This document shows positions 28,029 to 36,466 of a DNA stretch of 64,000 bases, piece by piece (within the stretch, counting starts at the first letter, position 1; the number at the start of each line of letters is the position of its first letter). The notes beneath the pieces were generated by a model. It did not search any database and was not told where the DNA came from. It saw only the letters and a program-made list of their open reading frames with translations. The stretch spans positions 27,064 through 91,063 of the forward strand of contig PKQY02000003.1 in the NCBI GenBank assembly GCA_017577895.2, given 5' to 3'. Made by a program: the position numbers and the translations under genes. Origin of the DNA: Bacillota bacterium. GTDB lineage: Bacteria > Bacillota > Bacilli > ZCTH02-B2.

Positions 28029-29442
28029 GATCAAAGCGTTTGAAAAAGCCACGGCCGAAATTATGGAAGTGGCTAAGGGGTTTGGGCTCGATTTTTACGA
28101 CATGCGTTTTGAAATCGTGCCGGCCGATATTATGTATATGTTCGGCGGGTACGGCATGCCGACCCGGTACAGCCATTGGAGTTTTGGAAAAGCTTTCCAT
28201 AGGATGAAAATGGATTACGACCTCAATTTAAGCCGGATTTATGAGTTGGTCATCAATAACGATCCGTGTTACGCCTTTTTCCTGGAAGGTAACACGCTCA
28301 TCCAAAACAAGATGATCGCGGCCCATGTGCTTGCCCATTGTGACTTTTTCAAGAACAACGTCTACTTCAGCCGAACCAACCGGCAGATGGTGGAAAGCAT
28401 GGCTGCGTCGGCCGAACGCATCCGGCAATACGAGCTGGAATACGGAGCGGAGGAAGTGGAAAAATTTCTCGATGCTGCATTGGCCATCCAGGAACATATT
28501 GACCCGTCTTTGATTCAACCGCCCCGCCGCCAGAAGGAGTCCAGCCGCAAAGAAGAAAAACGGCCGGTCCGAAAAACTCCCTATGACGATTTATGGAAGC
28601 TGGACGAAAGGACCGACGAGCCAAAGGAGAAGAAACCGGAGCCGGAAGAACGGCGGCGCCGTTTTCCCGAGAAGCCGCAAAAAGATGTGTTGTTGTTCAT
28701 CTTGGAACACAGTGAAGAGTTGACCGACTGGCAGCAGGATATTTTGACCATCGTCCGCAACGAAATGCTTTACTTTTGGCCGCAAATCGAGACGAAAATC
28801 ATGAACGAAGGCTGGGCCACGTACTGGCACTTGCGCATCATGCGGGAGTTGGATTTGACGGAAGAGGAAACCATCGAGTTTGCCAAGCTCCACAGCGCGG
28901 TGGTGCAGCCGTCGCGGCATACCATCAATCCGTATTACTTAGGTTTGAAAATTTTTGAAGACATTGAAAAGCGTTGGGACAATCCGACGGAAGAAGAACA
29001 GCGGCGTTATGGCCGCAAGCCCGGGCAAGGACGGCAAAAAATCTTTGAAGTGCGGGAGTTGGATTCGGATATTTCTTTCTTGCGCAACTATTTGACGAAA
29101 GAACTGGTGGAAGAGACCGATTTGTATTTGTATCAAAAAGTGGGGCACGATTGGGTGGTCGTGGAAAAAGACTGGGAAAAAGTACGGGATCGGCTCGTCA
29201 TGTCCAAAGTCAACGGCGGCTTTCCGTACATTGTCGTGGAAGACGGCGATTATTTGCGCAACGGCGAGTTGTATTTGAAACATCGATATGAAGGCGTGGA
29301 GCTGGACTTGAAGTACGCGGAACGGACCTTGCCCTACGTCTACAAGTTGTGGGGGCGGACCGTCCATTTGGAAACGGTGGTCGAAGATCGGCCGGTGTTG
29401 TTTACGTACGACGGCAAGCGTTGCCATCGCCGGTTTCTTTAA
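28009..29442 (+). CDS. spoVR: Stage V sporulation protein R (SpoVR/YcgB family)
   Basis: [38 protein letters not shown] is the SpoVR signature. The start overlaps yhbH by 20 nt. Confidence 0.95.
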   Translation: MDVKPDEIKAFEKATAEIMEVAKGFGLDFYDMRFEIVPADIMYMFGGYGMPTRYSHWSFGKAFHRMKMDYDLNLSRIYELVINNDPCYAFFLEGNTLIQNKMIAAHVLAHCDFFKNNVYFSRTNRQMVESMAASAERIRQYELEYGAEEVEKFLDAALAIQEHIDPSLIQPPRRQKESSRKEEKRPVRKTPYDDLWKLDERTDEPKEKKPEPEERRRRFPEKPQKDVLLFILEHSEELTDWQQDILTIVRNEMLYFWPQIETKIMNEGWATYWHLRIMRELDLTEEETIEFAKLHSAVVQPSRHTINPYYLGLKIFEDIEKRWDNPTEEEQRRYGRKPGQGRQKIFEVRELDSDISFLRNYLTKELVEETDLYLYQKVGHDWVVVEKDWEKVRDRLVMSKVNGGFPYIVVEDGDYLRNGELYLKHRYEGVELDLKYAERTLPYVYKLWGRTVHLETVVEDRPVLFTYDGKRCHRRFL

Positions 29443-29451
29443 CGACAAGAT

Positions 29452-29501
29452 GAGGCTACCCGCTTCGGCCTTGGGTTAGGCCGAGGGCAGCCTCCTTTTT
29501 T
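29452..29501 (+). terminator. Intrinsic terminator after spoVR
   Basis: Long imperfect hairpin gaggctaccc...cggcc-ttgggtta-ggccg...gggcagcctc followed by T6. Confidence 0.6.
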
Positions 29502-29555
29502 GATGTTTTTTAGATTTTAGATGCCTTTTCGATGCCGTCTACTCGCCAACTTTCT

Positions 29556-30020
29556 TTAAATGACTTCGTCTTTTCGCCAGTTTCCTTTGCCGATCCAGAG
29601 GGTCGGCTTGCCGGTCGGGCCTTTGTCCATGGCAAAGGCGACGAAGCCGGCTTGCAGGCACATGGACAAGCTCGGAATGTTGTCGATGGCGACGCGGCCG
29701 TAGACTCGATCCAGACGCCGGACAATCTCATCTACCAGCGCCAGAGCGACGCCTTGGCGGCGGTATTGGGGATGGACGACGATAAGCGACTCCTTTCGCC
29801 CGTAGTCGGCCACAGCCACCAGGCCGATGAGTCGCCGCCCGTCGACGGCGGCCAAGATGAGGGTGCCGTCTTTGGTCAATTCAGTGCCGGGAACGGTTTT
29901 CAACCAGTGGATGGCACTGGCGGTGATGCGCCGCTCGCCGCACCGGCGGATAAATTGGAGCAAGGTCCGACGGGAACGCTGCAACAGGTTGGTGTCAATT
30001 TCGCGAATTTTTACACTCAT
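29556..30020 (-). CDS. GNAT family N-acetyltransferase, last gene of the yheCD-like module
   Basis: LIGLVAVADYGRKESLIVVHPQYRRQGVALALVDEI (acetyl-CoA motif A). ATG 30020 follows AAAGGAG and overlaps the upstream stop (ATGA). Confidence 0.85.
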   Translation of the reverse strand: MSVKIREIDTNLLQRSRRTLLQFIRRCGERRITASAIHWLKTVPGTELTKDGTLILAAVDGRRLIGLVAVADYGRKESLIVVHPQYRRQGVALALVDEIVRRLDRVYGRVAIDNIPSLSMCLQAGFVAFAMDKGPTGKPTLWIGKGNWRKDEVI

Positions 30021-31120
30021 GTCGAAAACTCCTTTTTCGCCGTCCGTGATAAATAATGGCAATACTCGAAAAACCGCCGGATGGACATTTTGCGAATGTG
30101 GGGTTCGTCAAATTTCATCGGTTTGGCGTTGGCTTCAAAAAACCACGGTTGACCGGTGCGGTCGATTCCGATGTCCATGGACAATTCCCCGAGCAACCCG
30201 CAGCGGGCTTCCAGCGATTGGGCGACGTGGAGGGCCAGCTTTCGAACGGCTTTGAGAATCGCGTCCGCCTGTTGGGGACCGAAGAAAGCGGCTAGCCCCG
30301 TTTCTGGCGAAATGATGAAACCGCCTTGCGGGACGTGGGTCGTGATGGCCTGTGGGCCGGCCAGGCGGGCGCCGACCCCCGTGACGGCCCATTGGCCGTG
30401 GCCGTTTTTTTGGACCAACAGCCGCAGATCGAACGGTCGCCCTTGGTACGTGGTCAGCGGAATGGCTTGTTGGATAATATAGGGCCGTTTCGGGATGTGT
30501 AAGGACAAATGGCGGTGCAAGGCTTTCCAGTCGGGAAACACAGTTCGTTTTTGTCGCCCGTACAATTGATGCGTCAGTTGAATGCCGGTGTTGACCGGTT
30601 CGATTTTATAAAAGTGAATGCCGGCTTTGCCGTAGACCGGCTTCAAATAAAGTGCGCCGTGGGCTTTGAACATCGTATGCAGCGCTTCCCAAGAGAAGCG
30701 GCATGTGACGGGCAGATGCCGGCTCAATTCCGGCTCGTCCCGCAGCCAGCGATACAGTTCCCATTTATTGAAAAAGGCCGGATTAAACAGCGGAATATGC
30801 CATTGCTGCAGCTGCCCCAACGCCTGCTGCACATGCGGTTTGTGTTCATCGGCGCGGCGGGGGATGCGGTTGTACACAACGTCGGGAAACGGCATGCGCA
30901 CCTTCAACCAGCACCTCTTTTTCGGGTCATATCGAAAGCCTAGAATGCGCCGATGTTTTTCGTCGATGCCTTCGGGCGTAAAGACGAAGACCCGTCCGCC
31001 GAGCCGATATGCAGCCATACTCAGGTCCCGAAAATTTTGCCGGTTTCCGGAAAATGTGCCTCGTTGGTTGGCCGTCGTCAAAATGCCGATGAGAGGTCGG
31101 CCTTTTCCATTGGGTACCAT
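30017..31120 (-). CDS. YheC/YheD-family ATP-grasp protein, short form (paralogue 4)
   Basis: Motifs LYLKPVYGKAGIHFY, PFDLRLLVQKNGHGQW, ITTHVPQGG and ELSMDIGIDRTGQPWFFEANAKP. ATG 31120 follows AGGGAGGG. Confidence 0.85.
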   Translation of the reverse strand: MVPNGKGRPLIGILTTANQRGTFSGNRQNFRDLSMAAYRLGGRVFVFTPEGIDEKHRRILGFRYDPKKRCWLKVRMPFPDVVYNRIPRRADEHKPHVQQALGQLQQWHIPLFNPAFFNKWELYRWLRDEPELSRHLPVTCRFSWEALHTMFKAHGALYLKPVYGKAGIHFYKIEPVNTGIQLTHQLYGRQKRTVFPDWKALHRHLSLHIPKRPYIIQQAIPLTTYQGRPFDLRLLVQKNGHGQWAVTGVGARLAGPQAITTHVPQGGFIISPETGLAAFFGPQQADAILKAVRKLALHVAQSLEARCGLLGELSMDIGIDRTGQPWFFEANAKPMKFDEPHIRKMSIRRFFEYCHYLSRTAKKEFST

Positions 31121-32478
31121 GATGTCCCTCCCTGATGTTGTTCCCCTGCAAAACCGCTTAAATAGATGGCGTAATCGACAATGGCCTGCGCCGATTCCCG
31201 GGCGGCTTTTTTCAGCCAAGGATTGTGGAAGATGTGGCGGCCGGGTTTGGCGTTGATTTCGAACAGCCACGGATGGCCGTGAATGTCAATGCCCATGTCC
31301 AGCCCCAGTTCGCCGATGGGACCGGCTTCGCTTTGGGCCACTTGTTCAGCAAAAAGAAGGGATGTGCGGCGCAACGATTCCAGAATCGTCGCTGCTCTTT
31401 CGCCGAAGGCCGCCTGGAGGACGGTTTCGGCAGGCATAAAAGTGCCGCCGGTTCGCACGTGGGTGGTGATGCTCTGCCGATGGTGGGCCACTTTAGCGCC
31501 CACGGCGATGACCTGCCATTGGCCGTGGCCGTCCCGATGCAGATGCACGCGGAAATCGACCGGGGCTTGCCGGTATTGAATCAACGGAATGGCCGGCTGA
31601 ACCAAGTAACGGGTCGGCGCGATGGCGTACTCCTGGCAAAGACGGAAACTGTTGGCGACGAGACGGGAGCGGACGACTCCCCCCCGTTGGTAGTCGCATT
31701 GAATGGCGCCGTTCCTCACCTGATGGGCTCGGACGATGCCGAGGCCGAGACTGCCGTGAATGGGCTTGATATACACGGTTGGGTAACGGGACAGGAATGT
31801 GTCAATGTGCGACGGATAAGCTAAGGCCGTTTCCGGAAGATGAGGACGCAACGACGGACTTTTTTCCAACCGCCGATAAATGTCCCATTTGTTGTAAAAT
31901 CCTTGGTTGAACATGTGCAGGTTCGGCATTCGGCGCAACTTTTGCAGACAAAGCTGGACGTCCTTCCGTTTTTCGCTTTGGCGGTTTGGAATGCGTTCGT
32001 AAACGACGTCCGGCAGCGGCAGTTTAAGCCGTTTCCAGTACACTTTTTGTTGGTGTCCGTTCATCCGCTCGATGACGGTGGCCAACACCTTTTTTTCACT
32101 CCATTTGATATCCTCCGGACGAAAAAAATAAAAGACCGCTCCTTTGTCCTGAGCTGCTGCCAGAAACGACGTGAACATGGGCAGACGCCAGTTGCTCAAC
32201 AGGCCGATGAGCGGCCCCAACCGAAGTTGGTTTTGCTCGGTGAGGCGAATGTGCAATTGACAGCTCGGCAAGCACAACGGTTGGGCCAGCGCATGGCTTG
32301 CGTACACCCGGCCGGGATGAGGCGAGCGAAGTACGTGGGCGGGGCTTTGTTGTTGCCCAAAACGGACGATGACGGTTTTTCCCGGGGACAAGGCAAACGA
32401 CTCCAGCAACTCATCGGGTAACCATATGCATGGCGTGTCGTGTCGGTTGATGGTGATGGGCATGACGAAAGTTTTCAT
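31078..32478 (-). CDS. YheC/YheD-family ATP-grasp protein, long form with an N-terminal extension of about 88 aa (paralogue 3)
   Basis: Motifs VYIKPIHGSLGLGIV, PVDFRVHLHRDGHGQW, ITTHVRTGG and ELGLDMGIDIHGHPWLFEINAKP. It overlaps both neighbours (68 nt and 43 nt). Confidence 0.85.
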   Translation of the reverse strand: MKTFVMPITINRHDTPCIWLPDELLESFALSPGKTVIVRFGQQQSPAHVLRSPHPGRVYASHALAQPLCLPSCQLHIRLTEQNQLRLGPLIGLLSNWRLPMFTSFLAAAQDKGAVFYFFRPEDIKWSEKKVLATVIERMNGHQQKVYWKRLKLPLPDVVYERIPNRQSEKRKDVQLCLQKLRRMPNLHMFNQGFYNKWDIYRRLEKSPSLRPHLPETALAYPSHIDTFLSRYPTVYIKPIHGSLGLGIVRAHQVRNGAIQCDYQRGGVVRSRLVANSFRLCQEYAIAPTRYLVQPAIPLIQYRQAPVDFRVHLHRDGHGQWQVIAVGAKVAHHRQSITTHVRTGGTFMPAETVLQAAFGERAATILESLRRTSLLFAEQVAQSEAGPIGELGLDMGIDIHGHPWLFEINAKPGRHIFHNPWLKKAARESAQAIVDYAIYLSGFAGEQHQGGTSWYPMEKADLSSAF

Positions 32479-33592
32479 CGCGGTGTTTTTCCCTCACCTT
32501 CCAGTCTTTTGCTTTCAGGAGGTAACAGGCGTAATGGACGATGTTTTGAACGGAACGCATTTGCACGTCTTTTTCGCCGGTCCATGCAAACAACGAGCGC
32601 CCCGGTTTTGAATTCACTTCGATGACCCAGACGTTTCCGTGTCGATCCACGCCGATGTCGATGCCGAGTTCCACCAAGGGGCCGTGCGACTTTTCCAACA
32701 GCGGCGGGATTTTGAGGCTCAATTCGTCGATTTGTCGTGCGATGCGCTCGACTTGATCGGGAAAATGCCGCTGCATGAACGGAATGAAACCGATGCCTTG
32801 CCCGCCGCCGTGCAAGTTGGCGGTCAGGCCCCCAGGCTGCCCTTGCCGGATGGCTTTGCCCACGATTTCCCATTCCCCTTGGCCGTTTTTTTGCACGAGG
32901 ACCCGGATGTCAAACGGCCGTTGGTCCGGAGTGCTGAGTTCAAGATACGGCTGGATGAGCCACCGGGCGGTGGGCAGCTGTTTTCTCAACCAAAGGTCCA
33001 GTTGAGAGGCGGGGATGGTGGCCGAAAAGGGCCGGTTGTAGCCGTCTCGCCCAGACAGGTGCACCGTGTTGGCGGATCCTTTGGTGATGCGGATGACTTT
33101 CCGGCCCAAGCTTCCGCCCAGAGGTTTGATGACAACATCGCCGATGCGGGCGAGATGAGCCAACACATCTTGGGAAACATACACGCGGTCCGTTTCCGGT
33201 AAATGCGGCCGAATGTCCGGGTAGCGGGACAAGATGGTGTACACTTCCCATTTCCCCGCCAGTCCGTGTCCAAGGAACTGAACCTTCGGATGGCGCTGCA
33301 GTTGTTTGAGATACGGAGCGACGGACCGGTAATGGGCCGAAGAGAGGAAAAAGCACCGGTCATAGACGAGAACGGGCAGCGGCGTGATGATGGCTTTCCA
33401 CTTTTTTTGTTCCTCGGACCACGTGTAGGCACGGATCCATGGTTGGGACGGCTGCCACGTCTGTGGGGAAAAGACGACGGTCTTCAGACCGCACGCGGTG
33501 GCTTGAAGTGCAATTTGCCGGAAAAAAGGGTGTTCTGCATAAGGCGGATGCATCTGACAGGTGAGGATGCCCAACGTGTGCCGGACAGTCAT
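32411..33592 (-). CDS. YheC/YheD-family ATP-grasp protein, short form (paralogue 2)
   Basis: Motifs VVIKPLGGSLGRKVI, PFDIRVLVQKNGQGEW, LTANLHGGG and ELGIDIGVDRHGNVWVIEVNSKP. Confidence 0.85.
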   Translation of the reverse strand: MTVRHTLGILTCQMHPPYAEHPFFRQIALQATACGLKTVVFSPQTWQPSQPWIRAYTWSEEQKKWKAIITPLPVLVYDRCFFLSSAHYRSVAPYLKQLQRHPKVQFLGHGLAGKWEVYTILSRYPDIRPHLPETDRVYVSQDVLAHLARIGDVVIKPLGGSLGRKVIRITKGSANTVHLSGRDGYNRPFSATIPASQLDLWLRKQLPTARWLIQPYLELSTPDQRPFDIRVLVQKNGQGEWEIVGKAIRQGQPGGLTANLHGGGQGIGFIPFMQRHFPDQVERIARQIDELSLKIPPLLEKSHGPLVELGIDIGVDRHGNVWVIEVNSKPGRSLFAWTGEKDVQMRSVQNIVHYACYLLKAKDWKVREKHRDENFRHAHHHQPTRHAMHMVTR

Positions 33593-33628
33593 GGCACAGT
33601 CTCCTTCATTCCAGTCATTGGCAGTCCG

Positions 33629-35011
33629 TCATGAGCCCCGTTGGTGTTTGGAGGCATACAAGACGTATTGCAGCAAATACCGCACCGATGGACGGTTTTG
33701 GTCTTTGCCCAGGAAGCTGTTTTCGTCTTTCGACGGCTTGGCGTTGACTTCCAACAGCCATAAGTTGTCGTAAATGTCCATGGCCACGTCGATGCCGAAT
33801 TCGGCGTAAGTCCCGTCCAACTGGGCTTCCAATTCCCGGGCCACGGCGATGGCCAGCTGACGCAAACGCTGTTGGGCGTATTGGACGGAATGATGGGTCA
33901 TATAGGGCAACACCGTTTTGACGTTGTAAATGTCGCCGCCCCGGGCGACATTGGTCACGACGGTGTTGTTTTGAGCGGCGCGGGCCACCATGGAAGTGAC
34001 GCGCCATTGGTTGTTGCCGTCTTTTTGTGTTAGGATCCGAAAATCCACCGGTCGCCCCTGGAAGCTGGCCAGCTTCAAACCTTCCTGAATCAAGTACGGT
34101 TGACGGCTGAGGCGGGGTTGGAAAAATTGGAGCAGTTGGCGGGACGAGGTGATTTTTTTGTGGACGATGGCACTGACGGTGGCGTATTGGCAATGGATGG
34201 CGTCCGATTGGCGGACGAGACGGATAATCCCCCGGCCCAAACTGCCGTTGGCCGGCTTCAAGTACAGGATGCGGTATTTTTGCACCATGTCTTTCAAGTC
34301 GGCCAACGTTTCGTACAGACGGGTTTCCGGCAAAACATGGCGCATCGCTTCGGAGCGGGAGAGTATTTGATGGACTTGCCACTTGTTGAGAAATTGTTTA
34401 TTGAAAAAATGACAAGAGCGGTCGAGGTATTGTAAAATGGCCTGGGTTTCTTGCGCCTGTTCAATGGTGCGGGAAGAAATGCGGTTATAGCAGACGTCGG
34501 GCAGGGGAAATTCTCCTGCTTTCCACGTCTGATGACGGAGGTGCCAGCCGCTGATTTGATGTTGTTCCGGTTTGACGCCTAAGGGGCTAGCGACAAAGAC
34601 GAGAATACCTCTTTTTTGACCGTAACGGGTGACGGTTTTCAGGAACGGGAGCATGGGGCGCAACAGGCCGACGGTCGGGCTGTCGACCGGATCGATGAGA
34701 ATGCAAAACAACGGTCCAAGAGTGAGGGTGTTGATTTTCGGATCGTAACGGAGATTCAACTGGTAGCCGTCTTCGAGACAGAGCTGTTGGGCGGTGGCTG
34801 CGTCGACGAGCACGAGCTGTTTGTGATGATGACTGGCGGCGATATGGACTTTCGTCTGCCGCTGTCCAAATGCCAGCGCCACGAGGGCGCCGGGACGCAA
34901 GTTCAACTTCTTGAGCAGTTGGGGATTGATGCTCAGGACGCCGTTCATCAGCGGCTCGGGGTAGGCTTTCGTTTGTACGGTCACGACGGCACTCGTTTGG
35001 GATCTTTTCAC
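33629..35011 (-). CDS. YheC/YheD-family ATP-grasp protein, long form with an N-terminal extension of about 98 aa (paralogue 1)
   Basis: Motifs LYLKPANGSLGRGII, PVDFRILTQKDGNNQW, VVTNVARGG and EFGIDVAMDIYDNLWLLEVNAKP. GTG 35011 lies 6 nt after GGGAGGAA. Confidence 0.85.
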   Translation of the reverse strand: MKRSQTSAVVTVQTKAYPEPLMNGVLSINPQLLKKLNLRPGALVALAFGQRQTKVHIAASHHHKQLVLVDAATAQQLCLEDGYQLNLRYDPKINTLTLGPLFCILIDPVDSPTVGLLRPMLPFLKTVTRYGQKRGILVFVASPLGVKPEQHQISGWHLRHQTWKAGEFPLPDVCYNRISSRTIEQAQETQAILQYLDRSCHFFNKQFLNKWQVHQILSRSEAMRHVLPETRLYETLADLKDMVQKYRILYLKPANGSLGRGIIRLVRQSDAIHCQYATVSAIVHKKITSSRQLLQFFQPRLSRQPYLIQEGLKLASFQGRPVDFRILTQKDGNNQWRVTSMVARAAQNNTVVTNVARGGDIYNVKTVLPYMTHHSVQYAQQRLRQLAIAVARELEAQLDGTYAEFGIDVAMDIYDNLWLLEVNAKPSKDENSFLGKDQNRPSVRYLLQYVLYASKHQRGS

Positions 35012-35062
35012 GCTGATTCCTCCCGTTCCCCTGGACGGGTGTCCATCTATCAACGTTTAACG

Positions 35063-35090
35063 TATTGTATGAAGGAGTGGCAGGCCGGGT
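35063..35090 (-). promoter_or_regulatory. Sigma-K-like promoter motif (AC-17-CATACAATA) upstream of the ATP-grasp module
   Basis: The minus strand reads AC (35090-35089), a 17-nt spacer, then CATACAATA (35071-35063). It lies about 50 nt upstream of GTG 35011. Confidence 0.35.
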
Positions 35091-36264
35091 GCATGCGCTA
35101 GAGCCAGGATGGGCTGTTCTCATCAGCATGGTGGTGGGGGCGTTGATCGGCGGCTTGACCAACCTGTTGGCCATCGTCATGCTGTTCCGTCCCCACCGGG
35201 CGTGGAAAATCGGCAAATGGACGGTGCCTTTGACCCCGGGACTCATCCCGAAACGGCACGCGGAACTGGCCCGGCAATTAGGGAGGGTCGTGGAAAAACA
35301 TCTCCTTTCGCCGGAAAGTGTCTCGGGATTCATCCAAAACTCCCTCGCGCCTGGCTGGCTTCGGCGGCTCGTGATGGACGGGTTGGAACGCCTCCGCCAT
35401 TGGGAAAAAACGCCCTTGGAATGCCTGCAGGCCATAGGCTGGAGTGCGTCCTTTTCACCCGCTGATGCCTCCGGAAAAGGGCCGGCGTGGTTTGCCCACG
35501 GATGGTCGGTGCTGCGGCAACGGGTGCTGGCCATACCGGGCCGGACGTTGGCGGACTGGTTGGGAGAAGATGGGGTGGCCATCGTTCGGGCGCAGATGCC
35601 TGCCTTGGCCCGCCGGTTGTGGGTGGCCGCCAATGATCTGCTCGGCCGTGAAGAGGGCCGGCAGTCCGTTTTGCGTTTTACCCGCGATTTGCTCCAGACC
35701 AATTTGCCCGGCAGCCGGATGTGGGTTGCCTTGGCGTTCCGCTTCGTGGACGAGGAACGGTTGGCGGCATGGCTCGCCCAACGGATGCAAGAATGGCTGG
35801 CACGACCCAGGACGAAAGAACTGTTGAGCCGGTGGTTGGAACGCCAGTGGGAAGCGGTGGCCCATCGGCCGCTGGCAGACTGGTTGAAGCCGTGGGAAGA
35901 AGAGGGGAACGATGTGGCCAAGATCGTGGGCATGGTGGCCGAGCGGGGGGCCGGTGAACTGTTGAACACGCCGCTCAACCAACTGTTGGCGCCGTTCGAA
36001 GAGGAAGCGTTCCGGCAGTCCTTGGCGGCGGCGCTCGACAGCATGGAGCAAAAGCTCGCCCACCGTTTGCCGGCGCTGTTCAGCCGGCTGCCGGTGGGGC
36101 CCATGGTGGAACGGCAAGTGCTGGCGTATCCGCTTCCCCAATTGGAAAAACTAATCGTTGAAATCGCCTATCGGGAATTAAAAATGATCACGCTGTTGGG
36201 GGCCGTCATTGGCGGGTTGGTCGGGTTGATTCAGGGAGGATGGTTGGTGTTCATGCTCGGTTGA
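35089..36264 (+). CDS. yheB: DUF445 family membrane protein (YheB)
   Basis: GALIGGLTNLLAIVMLFRPHRAWKIG...LTPGLIPKRHAELARQLGRVVEKHLL is the DUF445/YheB signature. GTG 35089 follows GAAGGAGTGG. The ORF-track start is 35065. Confidence 0.85.
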   Translation: MHALEPGWAVLISMVVGALIGGLTNLLAIVMLFRPHRAWKIGKWTVPLTPGLIPKRHAELARQLGRVVEKHLLSPESVSGFIQNSLAPGWLRRLVMDGLERLRHWEKTPLECLQAIGWSASFSPADASGKGPAWFAHGWSVLRQRVLAIPGRTLADWLGEDGVAIVRAQMPALARRLWVAANDLLGREEGRQSVLRFTRDLLQTNLPGSRMWVALAFRFVDEERLAAWLAQRMQEWLARPRTKELLSRWLERQWEAVAHRPLADWLKPWEEEGNDVAKIVGMVAERGAGELLNTPLNQLLAPFEEEAFRQSLAAALDSMEQKLAHRLPALFSRLPVGPMVERQVLAYPLPQLEKLIVEIAYRELKMITLLGAVIGGLVGLIQGGWLVFMLG

Positions 36265-36383
36265 GCGAGGGGAAAATGGGAACGAGAAAATGAGAACGAT
36301 TTGTAAACGTTGTGTCATGGTTTTGTAATCTCTGTTCAGTACAATGAAAGCAGTAAAACCCCCTTTTAATATAGATGGATTTC

Positions 36384-36410
36384 GGCAGTCGGTAGACTGC
36401 CCTTTTTTTT
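36384..36410 (+). terminator. Intrinsic terminator 120 nt downstream of yheB
   Basis: ggcagtc-ggta-gactgcc followed by C and T8. Confidence 0.8.
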
Positions 36411-36466
36411 GTGTACTATAATGTGCATGATAAGTTTGTATCACAGGTCGGGACAGGGGGGCAGTC

